Shown one piece after another: positions 43,473 through 58,563 of a stretch of 64,000 nucleotides of DNA (the stretch's first letter is position 1; each line of letters begins with the position of its first letter). The position numbers and the translations under genes were made by a program. The notes beneath the pieces were generated by a model, which saw only the letters and a list, made by a program, of their open reading frames with translations, ran no database searches and had not been told where the DNA came from. The stretch covers positions 248,434,001 to 248,498,000 of the forward strand of contig OZ024742.1 of the NCBI GenBank assembly GCA_964016885.1, read 5' to 3'. This DNA is from Eledone cirrhosa. Taxonomy: Eukaryota.

Positions 43473-43517
43473 AACGGTGCTGATGATAGCTAACAAGCTT
43501 GAAACTAGTACATCGTT
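43473..43517 (+). ncRNA. Type I minimal hammerhead ribozyme motif
   Basis: aacggtg-CTGATGA-tagc taacaa gctt-GAAA-ctag-TA-catcgtt. Stem I pairs, stem III is palindromic, the 10.1/11.1 position is U-U. Confidence 0.8.
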
Positions 43518-43944
43518 CCTGTGTCAGTGTTGAACAAAAAGGTGACGTGGTTGCCTTAACACCGTATGGCATAAATTCAGGCTGTTCAGTTTGTTTACAA
43601 ACGAACAAAGCGACGTTATAATAAGCGCCGCTAAACTGATACGTGCATATATGTATGTGTACCTGTATGCATATGTATATATATATGTATATATATATAT
43701 ATATGTGCATGCTACTGTACGTCTGTATACATATATGTATGTACGTATACATGCATACTTACATTTAAGTAAGTGCCATACTAAGAGTGAGAAATGAAAT
43801 TTCGTTTTCATTTTGTTTCAATTTATCGTTTTCGGTATGCCTGACCGATTTAACTCACTCAATATGCAAATTAGGCTGCTCAGCCGTTAATTTTCATAAG
43901 GAAAGTATATACTTTCGAACGTTCAACTATCTGGCAGATGGGTA

Positions 43945-43989
43945 AACGGTGCTGATGATAGCTAACAAGCTTGAAGCTAGTACATCGTT
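43945..43989 (+). ncRNA. Hammerhead motif with core mutation GAAA>GAAG (43976)
   Basis: Same as 43473-43517 except for that substitution. Confidence 0.7.
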
Positions 43990-44292
43990 CCTGTGTCAGT
44001 GTTGAACAAAAAGGTGACGTGGTTGCCTTAACACCGTATGGCATAAATTCAGGCTGTTCAGTTTGTTTACAAACGAACAAAGCGACGTTATAATAAGCGC
44101 CGCTAAACTGATACGTGCATATATGTATGTGTACCTGTATGCATATGTATATATATATGTATATATATATATATATGTGCATGCTACTGTACGTCTGTAT
44201 ACATATATGTATGTACGTATACATGCATACTTACATTTAAGTAAGTGCCATACTAAGAGTGAGAAATGAAATTTCGTTTTCATTTTGTTTCA

Positions 44293-44435
<143 letters not shown>

Positions 44436-44437
44436 TT

Positions 44438-44493
<56 letters not shown>

Positions 44494-45099
44494 GAGAGAA
44501 AGAGAGAGGTAGAGAGAGGGAGAGAGAGAAACATTTACATACATACACATATCAATCAGATAATACATGACGCTTTCATAACGAATTTTGGATTATATTA
44601 CGAGGATGACGAAAATTGTGGTAATGGTCAAATTCGTTGTGATACACTTTAGTTCTGTACGAAGAAATAGCATTATTGATGTCCTTTTCTTAGTGAGACA
44701 TCTACAAGGGAAGTCCATAGTTAAATGTAATGCACTATCCCGATTATATTGTATACTTTAAAAAAACTGCACGTAGATAAATGGCTTCGGAGAGCACTGC
44801 AAATCACGTGAAAATGTTAATAAAAGTGGCAGTAGGTAATGGATTTAGTAAGGAATTCAATGTGCTGGTGCATATTCAGCAAAGACTCAGTGTTCAGCTT
44901 CGTCTTGTTTGTTATAATTTTCAGATCAATGGTGGAGTTAGTTAATACTGCTTGTTCATAGGAAATTCTGTGCGCATATGATATGTTACTTAAATCTCTA
45001 TCTGGAAGATCTTGATATGAAATTCTTATCGTGTAAAGAACTTGAAATATTAAAAGCCTCAAATGTAGCAAAGTTTAAGTAAGTAAGCGAAAATACAAA

Positions 45100-45890
45100 G
45101 CACTGATTCCTTCAGAGAAGCGGCCGTTCTTGATACGTTAAAAGCGAGTATGTAGGACCTATACCATGCATAGAAATGTAAGTTATTAGTACCCAAGAGG
45201 TGTAGTGTGATTTTAGGCAGGCTAGTAGAAAATATAATATTTTTATGTGATAGATGCACAAGAATAGTGGGTACAAATAGTAGCAATGAAATAATACATT
45301 CTCAGTTCCAGAATATTACCTTAGAAATATTTTATAGTTTCTGTTACTTAGGAGACTCGATTAATATTGAATTAAGTTGCTCTAACAGCGGAATAAGTAG
45401 CATAAGACCAGGCTAAATCTTGTTTAAAGAGTTATTGTTTCTGTCGACAACAAATGGTTTTTATTATGATCAAATATTTGATTGTGTGATACCTGCGCAA
45501 AAACGATGATGTTGCATAACAATCTGACATGACCTGTATTGCAGAGGATATATAGAGGCTGGAGATAAATGAAGTAAGCCTGGTCCGTTAGATGTGAAGT
45601 GTTAGCCGGCATTGTTGACTACGAACAGAGAGAAAAGTATGTGTATAAAAGGGATCAGATGAAATCTTCGCTTGTATGGGTATGTTATGTGCATGGTCGA
45701 TAGTTATTTAAGAAAAAAGGGCCAGGCAATGCTAGTGGAGGGGAGCTGCAGAAGCAGAACACATCGAAAATACTAAAGCAAAGTGTTTAGAGGTAATGTC
45801 CACAGAGAAGATGACGAACGAACCCTATAAGTGGATAGAGGATGTTGGAATGCAACTGTCACATTCGTGCAATCATGGAAAAGGGGAACT
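45100..45890 (+). mobile_element. Decayed RTE-type RT C-terminal region with Cys-rich segment
   Basis: FLCDRC..LEIFYSFCYLGD; cttcgcttgtatgggtatgttatg (LRxYGxV-like). Confidence 0.65.
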
Positions 45891-45945
45891 AAAATGACGG
45901 GGAAAATGATTATAATTACATACACACACACTCTCTCTCCCTCTT

Positions 45946-46037
<92 letters not shown>

Positions 46038-47148
46038 GGACACAAACACACAGGCATATTCCCATTTCAATGCAAACCCTTCCTCTGGATCACTAGCATG
46101 AATAATACAATACACCGACACAATGAAATATTTGATCAGGCGCATGTCCAATCACATGGCCAGACATGAGATTACACTCAACATCTAAATACCTATTCAA
46201 GAAGTCTTATACCATTCAGACTAGCAACCTCGCGGCCTTATGATATATGTAATTGCTGTTCTCATTTCATATCAAAGGGCCATTGGTGAAATGCTTTCAA
46301 AGGTGTGTTTTGTCACCTGATCATCTACAATACTAACCACTCTTTAAATATCACCTAGCATCTTTAAATTCCCTGCCTGGGTGACTGGATGAAAAACTGG
46401 CCGGTTGGCTGATTGGTTGATTGGTCAATTTGCTGGCTGGCTTGCTGGGTGTGTCGGGGTTATATCATTAGATGTGTGACTTACTATTGTCTGGCTGACT
46501 GGTTTCCTAGTGGATATCTGACTTGCTAACTGCATGGATGGATTGCTCGTTATCTGATTTTCTGGCTGGTGTTTTGGATCAATGGGTGTATCATTTATTG
46601 GAGGGTGTCTGGCAGGTCCCGGTTAGTGTTTGGCTGACTGGAAGGAAATATAGCTAGGAGGCTGTGTTCCTCACTTGGGGTTGGATGTTCGCATGGCTGG
46701 CTGTATAGCTTGCTGGATGGTTACCTAGAAAAAATGACTGACTAACTCGTTGGAACAAGGAACCACATTGTTACGAAGTGCAATGCAAACCACGCCCCCA
46801 ATATCATGTCTGCGCCCATGTGTTCTATTTACTGTTCAAACTCTGCTTACGTCAGCTTAGAGTTGCTCTATATGTCTCCGATTCTACATAAGTTCTTTAG
46901 CAATTTGTCAGACATTATAATATATTCCACGAATTATAATTATTATATTACCGTCAGAGATAAATACATTAACGGCCTCACTCAATTATTCTGACAAAAT
47001 TTTTTCTCGTTTGCTCCCTACGTATATCATAATTATTTTCCCTCGCCCTACCAACACACTTCATGTTTCTACCTCCAAAGACGAAAACAAAATCAACAAC
47101 AGCCACAGCAATACACAAGGAGCAACAACAAAAACTATACTACTGCAT

Positions 47149-47277
<129 letters not shown>

Positions 47278-47467
47278 GTAATGAAATAGTGGTTTCAAAT
47301 ATTCTAAGAAAGATTTCATATGTGAAAATTTACCATAAGTTTTTTTCTTAATTTCTTACGAATATTTTTATTACACCCTGCAGTCTCAAAAGCATAATCG
47401 CTTTCACGTTTTCTCTTCATAATTTCTGCACCGGGAACTATATATTTACTAATATATACTTATACAG

Positions 47468-47511
<44 letters not shown>

Positions 47512-49342
47512 GTGTTTGTGTTGGTGCGCGCGCGCGCGTGTGTGTGTATGTGTATATTGATATATAATTATATAAAAAAATTATTTATATATATATATAT
47601 ATATATATATTCATACACACAAATATATAAATATATATACAAACGCATACATACATATATGTAAGTGGTGGAAAGTGACTCTGTATTCATTTACTTCTTT
47701 GCTATGTTTTATTTTGTATTGTCTTTTGCGATTTTCTATTTCGACTTCTCGATTCTTCATTATTCTGTCTTGTAAATTCATCGAATGTTTAACAAATTAC
47801 TGCTGTGCATTGAAATAATATGTAATAGAAGCTGACAAGACCGCATTCAATTTGTCAATAGCTTCACATTATCCTCTATTTTTCTGAACAGTTCGTCGTA
47901 ATTATGTACGTCGCTGTTGATGATATAGAATTCTTGCCTCGTTGCACACTTAAACACCATTTTGCATAATCGAATCAAAATTGCACTCACTTGCAGACTG
48001 TTCTAAACAGAAGTTCTCCTTTTGGAAAATTTCCCGTCAGATCTCCCTCTATGTAAAGCCTACTATAATAATCCATTTAATTAGGAAACATTGATCTACT
48101 TGTGAGTGTCAACGTTACTTTGTAGAACCACCACCACTGCCGCCGTGATTACAATACAATGTGGTCACTAGGTTTTCATTTTCCGTGTTTAATTCTCGAG
48201 TATTTTTGCCAGCAATTGTATATAGAGAACAAAATAATTGACAGACATTCCACTCAATAAATGTTTAACTTATCAAGCATTAGCCACGATCTTCAAATTT
48301 GTTGCTCTGTTATTCATTTATTAAGGAGGCATCGTCAGCAAAGAAATGAAACAAATTCTCCACAGTGAAGTAGGGTTGTACTGATATGAATCGTCTCATT
48401 TACGGCTCTAACTGACCGTTGTTGAAACTTTTTTATACTTTATTATTCACAGTGAATGTAGTTTCGGAGCAAAGGTGGGATAAATATATTCATCTGTGAA
48501 AATTTAGTGGTGCCACGTTCATCTATATTTTTCTATTCCGTGTATATATATATTCTCTTCGGATTTTAGCTTTCCCATTCATTATATATATATATATTTC
48601 TGTGTGCATATGTATGTGCATGTGCGGAAGCATATGTATACATAAATAAATATAAGTGTGTGTACGTATATATGTATGTATTGATGGAGAGATGGATGGA
48701 CTGATGCATGTAAGATGGATGGATCTCCGTGTATACATGTATGAGAATTCCATCCAGGAAACGTCTCTTAGATCGTTAAAGACACACGAAACGAGTTGTA
48801 TGCATTTGTCTTCTATTTCATGTTACTACAATGTATTATGAATTATTAAAAGTTTTCGTCACGTTTCTTTAGCCTGATCACTCACAAAATTGTACTGCAT
48901 CTTTTGGAAAATAGTTATTGCCGATATTTTTTATATAACACTCCGTAGGTCAAATATTCTGTTCCTTTTCTTTCCTTTTCTTTTGGTTTCTCTGTTAGTT
49001 TTCAGAGTCACGATCACCTTCAAGCATGACAATTTACTATATAGATAAATCTCACTGTGTTAAATAATTTGTATCAATTTATTGTTGGATTTTTTGACCA
49101 GTCAGTCTCATGTTTTGTCGGTGTTTGGACTATAGATGTGTCTCTCTTTGTAAAATATCTATTCAATTACTCCCTTTTCCGTCTCTAACATGAATTTATT
49201 TATCTATTTAAATTAATATCCATGCTTGAATTACCTGTCTGTATTTGTAGTCTTGTTAAGGTTCAATTCCTGCTCTGTTGAGATATTTAACTGGCATGAG
49301 AATATTGTTCAACACAGATTTCTTCTATACACATGTATGCAC

Positions 49343-49415
<73 letters not shown>

Positions 49416-49569
49416 TATATGTGTGTGCGTGTGTATATATATATATTTATATATGTATATATATATACATGTGTCTGTATGTATGTGTATGTGTGGTGTA
49501 TATTTGTGTATATCCATATATACATGTATATGTATATAGATCTTTATTTTCTACTTCTCTGCCTAATTA

Positions 49570-51270
49570 TTCTTGCGCGTGTCGTGGGTCAGATTCCTCT
49601 GACCTTCCTTCCAGCGGGTCTTCTCAGAAGCAACCCTCTGCAACTGGTCCTGCTGGAACGCTAAATGACACCAACCAAATTTATGGATGATATCCAACCA
49701 TCTTGCTCAGGGTCTACCATCGGCTCTCCTGTCGGCTGGTTTAATAGAAAAATCTTCCCACCAATTCTTTCCTGAGACATTCTAACCACAACCCATAGTA
49801 CCGGAGCTGTGATCTCTCAATTTGAAGTAGTAGCGGCTCTACATGGAGTGACTCTTTGATCTACGCACTCTATCGTGTGACGTTACTCATAAGGGCCTTC
49901 GGCTGCTTGTATTTGCAATAGTATACTTCCGGACATTATCAAAGATTCATGACCATAAGTAAGGGTTGCACGAATCCCGAAATGAAAGTAGCGTTTTGGC
50001 TTTTACGCCTACCTCCCTTCTTCTGATTATTGAATACTGAAGCCGGCGCATAATCTGCACTAGCTCCTGCAATTCTTGTACTTAATTCTGCCTCCAGCCT
50101 TCCATCTTTCGTAATCACGGCCCCGATATACTTGAACATCTCCACCTGCTTCCATGGAACTCCATTCACATGTAGATTGCACTGCGCAGGTTTCCTTGAG
50201 AGGACGGATGTCTCAGTTTTAGAAGCTCTGATTTGCATTCCAGTCATGGCTCATTTGGCATAAAACCTATCAAGTGTATGCCGGAGATCACCTTCTTTCA
50301 AATTAAGTAACACAAACTCGTCTGCAGATCCCAGGCGAATGATTTTACACCCACCAGTCACCAAATCCAACACGGCTGCGCATGTCAATCTTGTTCATGA
50401 ACATAATGAACAGTAGAAATGACAAGACGCACGCTTGGTACATTTCGAATCTCACTTTTAATTTTTCGATTTATTACATTTTATTCGAACACAAATATTC
50501 GTGCATTCGTATAGGGACATCGGAGTAGCAAGAAGCTGACCATCGCTCCCATACTCATGTAAAACCTTCCAAAGTACGTCCCATGGGACAGGGTCATATG
50601 ATTTTTCAAGGTTTGACAAAACAAGAACATACCCCTTGGCAATATTTCCACGATTCGAAGACGCATTGTGAATTTTGGGTCGGCTGTGCTGCGCCGAGAC
50701 GAAAACTGCATTGTTTATCAGCTACGTTGGATTCGACAATCTCGCTGCATCTCTTTGCCAGACACGTACCGTAGACTTTACATGGGTGGCTTAACAAAGT
50801 GATCTTTCTGTAATTGGCACCATTACTCTTCTCTACATTTTTGAAAGTTGGGATTATAAATCCTGATTGCCAGTTCTTAGGTGCCTTTCCATAGATCCAG
50901 GCCACTCGGCACATAAGATTCAGCCAGATTTTGTGCCACATTACATCTTCCCCAGAGGGCTTGGCACATTTAATCTCTTAACCGCTCTTGTAAACTCCTC
51001 AGACCCTGACAGATTAATCACTGCTTGCAGATGCAACTCGTGTACATCAGAAAATGGTGTTGTACTCGGGTTTAGAAGTCAGCAAATATTCTCTCCACCT
51101 CGCGAGGAAGCACCTTTCTCAAAAGAGAAGATCCAGATGCGTTCTTGATAGCAGGTGTGGAAGAGAGCATCTTACAAAGAAGTCGGTCGATGGTCTGCAA
51201 GAACACTATATGCTGATCTGATGTTGGATTCCTGATTACAGCCAATGTCCTCGCGTGTCTTCACTTTGAG
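49570..51270 (-). mobile_element. RTE-clade LINE reverse transcriptase remnant (frameshifted)
   Basis: WQSGFIIPTFK..NYRKITLLSHPCKVY..QCSFR; QVEMFKYIG..RIAGAS; IERSQLRYYG. Confidence 0.88.
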
Positions 51271-51304
51271 CCGTTCTGTTGTATAAATATATATATATAT
51301 ATAT

Positions 51305-51417
<113 letters not shown>

Positions 51418-51419
51418 TA

Positions 51420-51920
51420 TTAATGAATTGCAGGAGTTAGTTTCAGTATTCCATCATGAGAAGAAATTACGTGGCTATAAAACTCATAATCGCTATCTTA
51501 AAATCGCTGTTCCTGCCTACCTTTACACATGGTCATGAATAGAAGTGCCCGAATTGGGATTCATTCGATGGATTTTTGCAGAAAATATAGAATATAAATA
51601 TAGAATATAGAATGTGTAGCTCGGAGAATACGGAAGCGATCCAGGTAGACCCACGATTTCTCCGAATTGAATGATGACAGCTCCGATACTACATACATAT
51701 GGTCAGAATCCGTAAGAATAGAATTACCGGATAGATTTTACGAGCAAAACTAGTAAGCAGGCGACTGGTGCCTAAACCTCAACGAAGATGGTTGGGTGAC
51801 ATCCATGATTTCTGTTTTTTTTTTCTTTTGGGGTTCGAATGGGATCAACTGGAAACTGTTACTTCTGATAGGATCTGTTTGAAGGCGTTTTTTAAGACCC
51901 TTTGCAGAATATCCTCCCAA
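51420..51920 (+). mobile_element. Decayed RTE 3' fragment followed by (GAA)n
   Basis: acagctccgatactac and agatggttgggtgacatccat match the minus-strand RTE 3' end. Confidence 0.6.
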
Positions 51921-52062
51921 GAAGAAGAAGAAGAAGAAGAAGAAGAAGAAGAAGAAGAAGAAGAAGAAGAAGAAGAAGAAGAAGAAGAAGAAGAAGAAGA
52001 AGAAGAAGAAGAAGAAGAAGAAGAAGAAGAAGAAGAAGAAGAAGAAGAAGAAGAAGAAGAAG
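51920..52062. repeat. (GAA)n microsatellite
   Basis: Direct reading. Confidence 0.95.
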
Positions 52063-52739
52063 ACATGGTCTGGTCTGATCTGATCCCTTCCCGACTCCAT
52101 TGCACAATCGCACCAATACTAATCTATATGATGTTTTATATCGAGAAAAATGTGACGTCAGTGGTTCTTGAATTTCCGTTCGACCGTTATTCAGTAGCTG
52201 GCTATAGAGCTACACTCATCTGCCTTTATTACAATAATTAAGTAGTTGGCCACTTTAGCAGTTGTCAGCAAACAGATGAATCAATCCAATCTGACCCGAT
52301 TTTGAAATCAGAGCGATCCTTCTTCTACAGGGGCTGCCAGCAACCTTACACTCTGAGTACCATGTTTTACACACTATCAGATGGCCGTTGATTCTCTTAA
52401 GTTTCTACACCCTTTCACTGGTTTAGTTTTTCCCCACACAGAGTGTTCGAAACTTACCCTCCCTACCAAGCAAACGTGGTGACCTAACCGGTGTAGTCCC
52501 CGACGAACTGACCATGTGACCTGTTTTACTGGGATACAGTAAAGACAAACCTGGCTTATGTAGAAATTCATATTTTCTGAATTTTTAGATGACTGCGCAG
52601 TACATATGTATAAGTAAATATATATACATATACATTGGTGAAATGACGACTATCTGCTCTGTGTCTGTGTATACAGATATAACTTTATCGTGCAGTTGGG
52701 CTGCTGGAGCATATCTTGATATATATATATATATAAAAT

Positions 52740-53279
52740 GCCCACCCAAGAAACTCAAACAGACCCGGGGACGCCCCACCGTGCCCGGGGGGAGACCACA
52801 ATGTAACACATAACGGGAACCCCACACTAGGCACGCAGAGATCGACCACCCTCTGCAACTGCGGAAACCCCGACCCATGCCCCCTTAGTAATGAATGCCT
52901 TAAGAAGAACCTAATATACGGATGTAGCGTTAAAACCCCCAACTCCGAACACCTCTACATAGGAGCCACATCAACGAGCTTTAAAGACCGTTGGTATAAC
53001 CATCGCCATTCCTTCAATATGGAGGCCAAAAGGAAAAGTACGGCTCTTCCCGACCTGATCTGGAAGCTTAAGCTGGACAGGACCCCGTACTCTCTGGCAT
53101 GGTCCATAATCAGGAACGTACCACCCGATAAAGGGGTATCTGGCATATGCAAACTATGTCTGAACGAGACCCTCAAGATACTAAGAGGTGGAAGCCGCCT
53201 GATAAACCTCAGAACCGACTTCTTCGGGACATGCAGACACCTCAGGGCCGGGACCTTCCTCAAGCTATATGGACAGTAA
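52740..53279 (+). mobile_element. Penelope-like element GIY-YIG endonuclease ORF fragment (5'-truncated)
   Basis: Open frame LCNCGNPDPCPLSNECLKKNLIYGC..LYIGATSTSFKDRWYNHRHSF..STAL..IWKLK..WSII..CKLCLNE..LINLRTDFFGTCRH. Confidence 0.9.
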
Positions 53280-53479
53280 CAACACACTGAGATGTGAACA
53301 CCCCTCAAGCTATAGGGACTTCTCCAGAACATGTAGACACCTCTCGGCCGGACCTCCCTGAAGCTATATGGGTAGTAACAACACCATAGGTTGGGAACTC
53401 CCCTCACGCCATAGGGACCCATCCAGGATGAGTAAACACCATGATCGCCTAGCGATTGATTCTGACACAGCCATTCTAA

Positions 53480-54033
53480 TTTGGCCAACATCTTTATAAC
53501 ACACACACATTTTATTTTACTTGAATCTTCATTTTTCTATTTTTCATTTGTTTCCTGTTTTCTTCACTTTATTGCCTTCTATTTCTTCATATGCATGGCA
53601 CAGCCGAGCACCACCACCACGAGAAATGGTGGCAGGATGGATGAAAAAACACACACAGATACTTCTTAATGTCAGCAGCAACAAGACCTAGGCTGAACGC
53701 AGCACCAACACCACTACCAAAATAAGGGTAGAGGTCAGATGTACTTAACAATAGACAAAGCAAACACTACAGGTAGTCTCACCCCAGAAAGAATTTCTAT
53801 AGACTTTTGACTGAGAAATGCTCTCACAACTGACCAATGGGAGGAGTGACCTTGCAAACCTTTCTAACGTTGAGATTGGTTATAACACACACACATTTTA
53901 TTTGATTATCTTATTTTGTTTTATTCTTTTACCATCTTGTTCCTCCTACCACTTTATCTAACATCTTTCTGACTTTGAGATTGGTTATAGTACACACACA
54001 TTTTATATTATTTGAATCTTCATTTTTATTTTT

Positions 54034-54087
<54 letters not shown>

Positions 54088-54830
54088 TTCATTTTTCATT
54101 TTTCATTTTTCATTTTTCATTTTTCATTTTTCATTTTTCATTTTTCATTTTTCATTTTTCATTTTTCATTTTTCATTTTTCATTTTTCATTTTTCATTTT
54201 TCATTTTTCATTTTTCACTAATTTTTCATTTATTTTCTATTTATTATTTATTTTCTGTTTTCTTCATTTTATTGCCTTCTATTTCTTCATATGCATGGCA
54301 GAGCCCCCCCCCCCCTAGAACCACCACCACCACGAGAAATGGTGGCAGGATGGATGAAGCAACACACACAGATACTTCTAAATGTCAGCAGCATCAAGAC
54401 CTAGGCTGACCAAAACACCAACACCACTACCAAAATAAGGGTAGAAGTCAGATGTACTTAACAATAGCAAAAACAAACACTACAGGTAGCCTCACCCCAG
54501 AAAGAATTTCTATAGACTTTTGACTGAGGAATGCTCTCAAAACTGACCAATGGATGGAGTGACCTTACAAATATTTCTAACATTGAGATTGGGTATAACA
54601 CACACATTTTATTTGATTATTTTATTGTGTTCCTCTACCATCTTATTCCTTCTACCACTTTATCATTTTTTTGAGCTGACTCCAACACCAACACCACTAC
54701 CAACATAAGAGTAGAGGTCAGATGTACTTAACAATAACAATAACAACCACTACAGATTGCCTCGCCTCAGAACGAATTTCTATAGACTTTTGACTGAGGA
54801 ATGTTCCCACAACTGAACAATGAGAGGAGA
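53480..54830 (+). repeat. Internal tandem duplications in the PLE 3' region, including (TTTTCA)n at 54023-54217
   Basis: gtcagatgtacttaacaata..gaatttctatagacttttgactgag occurs three times. Confidence 0.85.
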
Positions 54831-54985
54831 AGATGTCCTTTGACGCTGAAATTCGTTTGTTTAAATTCATATGATTGCAGTTCCTCAGAGAAATAACAAC
54901 CCAACCAGGAACTGGGCATATCAGAGTATTGACAAAGTTAAACACCCCAACAACATGTGTACTCGTCTCGACCACACTAATTCGG

Positions 54986-55040
54986 ACTGCCTGAAGAGGT
55001 CACAGCCAAAGATGGCTGTCACCGAAATATATATAGCAGT
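54986..55040 (+). ncRNA. Type I minimal hammerhead ribozyme, canonical core
   Basis: actgc-CTGAAGA-ggtcacagcca aaga tggctgtcacc-GAAA-tatata-TA-gcagt. G10.1-C11.1 pair present; AATAAA follows. Confidence 0.88.
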
Positions 55041-55192
55041 AATAAACGAAGCCACATTTTAAACATTTGACTTATTTATTTTATTTTACATTACTCCGGA
55101 GTAACCCAACCAACCTGCGCACTTCGTCGAGTGCTCCAATCTGCATACTAGGTGCTGGTATACAACAAACATATACTAAATATATATATATA

Positions 55193-55295
<103 letters not shown>

Positions 55296-55319
55296 ATATA
55301 CTTACATACCGACAAACAG

Positions 55320-55744
55320 ACAGATTTATAACTGTAATCATAGGGAGTTTCGGATGTGTTACTAACTGCCACAACACAAAACTTGAGAAGCTTGGCTTCA
55401 CAGAGCAGAGAAAAAAACACGACTAGTTAAGAACTTACAAGTAAAATCCATTAATGGAACAGTAAAAATATGGAAAGCATGCCAAAGTTTCTGCATGTAA
55501 TAACTGCATGTAAACATGTATAAAACATGCACGCGTACACATATAAATCAATGTGAATACATATCCACACATACAATAACATCCATATCTGCACACACAC
55601 ACACACACACGTCCGAAGGCATGCATGCATATTTACCTAGTTGATGTTGCCTAAATTTCAATGAATGAACCTTGTGTCTATGTTAAAAATCGGCTTTCTC
55701 TCTCTCTCTATTTGGTATATATTTATAAACTGATAAACCAGAAG
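55320..55744 (+). mobile_element. Shorter copy of the 33073-33670 family
   Basis: Shared tccattaatggaacagtaaaaatat, acctagttgatgttg and terminal aaaccagaag. Confidence 0.8.
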
Positions 55745-55768
55745 TATATATATATATATATATATATA

Positions 55769-55856
<88 letters not shown>

Positions 55857-56799
55857 ATTTCATTTTGTTCGTTTTGTAATTTATAATTATTACTTTGTTA
55901 ACACATCTGATGAATACCACAAATTATTAGTTTTCTAATATTAACAGCATTGTAGGATGAATTGATATTTCAAACATACCTTGAGAGAATGTACCAATGC
56001 CTACAAAGTAGAGTCGCCATAGGCGAAAGAACAAACCTCTGTGGGGAATATATTATTATTAATAAATACTATTTATGAGAGATAATGAGGTAGAATAATG
56101 ATAAATTAAATATATAAACAATCGAATCACAGATATAAAATAAAACATTGTGACTGAAAGTGAGAAACAACTCACAGCTGTAGCTTCAAACAACTAGAAT
56201 ATACAAATCATAAAGTTTAAACAGAAATAATGCATAATACCTAAATGATCAATCATCAACTCATATTAGCTTGTCTAGAAAGGTAGTTATTTTATAGCAA
56301 CGTTGCTGGAATTTGCTATTTGATGTATGGTATACATAATATATATTTCATCCTTATGACCATTAAGTTGCAGAATCATTTTAATTCTAGGACGAAATCC
56401 AAAATTATGCCAGCAACCTAACAAGATTATGCTGATTTATTAAATATAGTTACATATTTATTTCCTTATCGTAGCCCACAGGAAATTTAATGCAATCTCC
56501 AGTGACAGTAACGCATGTTATGTGTTTACAAACACTCGTTCCTGATTACAAATAGCGAACACAATTAGTTCTCAGGAAATTAAAGATTGTACTAGCAAAC
56601 CTCTCTCGAACCTCTATGTGCCAAACTCAAGAAAAGCGGATAAATATCATATGTTGTCGCAGTTGTTGTTACTATGAAAATAACGGGAAACTAACGCAGC
56701 AATACACTCTGATAATTTCATCTGCCTTCCATAATGCAGTTGTATTTTATTTATCGATTACGAAAGGATGAAACGCAAAGTTGAATTTGCATAGTGTTG

Positions 56800-57420
56800 T
56801 CTGTTGTGATTGCTTCTTATTTGGTGAGCCGTAGTAAGTGTTGAGATTGTATGGTCAACAAATGGAATCAAGATGTTCAAAGCTTTCACTTTTGCAATCG
56901 AATTTATAGATTTCAGTAGATTGTTTGCGGCGTTACATGCGTGTGGTTTGTCCTTATTAACAAAGGTTTTAATTTTAGTGATTTTGTAGTGAATTGTTAG
57001 TAATAATTTCTCGTTTGGTTCAACGCATTTTGAGTTATGTTTCTAGGAGTTGTTTTGATAATGCATTATTCTATAGTTAGATAGATATAATTGCATATGT
57101 GAGACTTATGTATGTTTAGTAGACTTGCTGTTTAACGTGTTTGTTGCACTGTATTTTCTACTGTATTGTTCTTTGGCTTGATCTATTAGTTTGTTAGAAT
57201 ATCCATTGTTTATCAGATATTGTTTTATGCAGATTTCTTCATCTAGCGCATCTTTTGTGGAGAAAAATCTACGTAGATATATCAACGTTGACATTTTGTA
57301 TTTATGACGGCAATTCGCTATCTCCATGTGAGTATATAATGTACACTCATTTGTGACTTGGTGGGTGAATAATGTTCTCTATCAGTGAATGTCTATGTTA
57401 AAGTCTAAACATTGTGTCAT
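56800..57420 (-). mobile_element. Decayed Penelope/Poseidon-like RT thumb remnant
   Basis: YKMSTLIYLRR..LDEEICIKQYLINNGYSNKLID and LLLTIHYKITKIK resemble the PLE RT C-terminus; disrupted. Confidence 0.65.
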
Positions 57421-57819
57421 TGTATTTCTAGGAGTCCAGTCCTGGTTGGTGGAGGTTAGCGCAATGTTGTTTCTTACGTCTTATTTGAGTCTCCAACCGG
57501 CTTCTGGTTAAGTCGGGAGTGAGCTGCATATAACTAGTGTATATCATATGTTTATTGGTATTTCTTTGCTCCTAATTGTAAACATATATAATGGCGCTAT
57601 ATAAGGCCTAAAGGATAAAAGGATATTTCATTCGATTTATGTAATTTAAATAGTGAACAATGTGGAGGGTAGTCTGTTATACAATACACTAATAACACCT
57701 TGAGTTTGACATCTGGTATCAAGCGTTGTTTAAAACTTATTGAACACTCTCCAGAGATGGGTACAGCTTTCTGGAATGAGAGAAACTAAAAAGTCTTCAT
57801 AGGCATCAAATAATGATTG

Positions 57820-57879
<60 letters not shown>

Positions 57880-57883
<4 letters not shown>

Positions 57884-58035
57884 AAAATAGGAAAAGAGTC
57901 AGAACACCGACGGCAGAGCTCAAGCCGTTTCGACAGCTATTTCCAGAAATATTTTCCTATTACCCACTCTACTAACCAAAGTATCGAGTACTCTGGTGTG
58001 TCATGGTCCATTGATTCCTTACCACACTTCCTTCG

Positions 58036-58038
<3 letters not shown>
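57880..58038 (+). mobile_element. Family A copy, right arm mostly deleted
   Basis: Left arm plus tail, in (TA)n. Confidence 0.8.
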
Positions 58039-58080
<42 letters not shown>

Positions 58081-58513
58081 GAGTGTGTATGTGTGTATAT
58101 GTATATACATATGTATATATGCGTGTATATATATTTTATGAAATCTCTGCTCTGTTATATCATTGCTCGTGTTTGTTTGTATGCAAGGTAGGATGCACGT
58201 AAAACAGCATGTATTTCGACGGTATGCGTGCGCAGATGCAAGCATGCAAGCAGGTGCATTATAATATCTGACATATCTTCGCTCTCTTGTGAATGTACTA
58301 GATAATAATATTTGACTGCGCACGAAGGCATGTGAACCTGTGCAGATAGAAAAAAAATGTAGATATATATTTTAGAGATGTTAGCACTATGTGAATGTTT
58401 CCAAAAGCAAAACAAAAAAGAATGATAATTACAATTAAACAAAATATTGTCTTTGGAAGATATTATTATTATTTATTTATTTATTTATTTATTTATTATT
58501 ATTATTATTATTT

Positions 58514-58552
<39 letters not shown>

Positions 58553-58563
58553 GTTATTGTTAT

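Larger units (their letters stand above)
52740..55180 (+). mobile_element. PLE insertion: ORF end, internally duplicated 3' region, HHR-bearing pLTR and tail, between (TA)n tracts
   Basis: GIY-YIG ORF, repeated 3' blocks, HHR at 54986-55040 followed by AATAAA (55041), tail, then (TA)n. Confidence 0.7.

Noticed and set aside
55907-55960. CTGATGA
   Set aside because: No GAAA or stems nearby.
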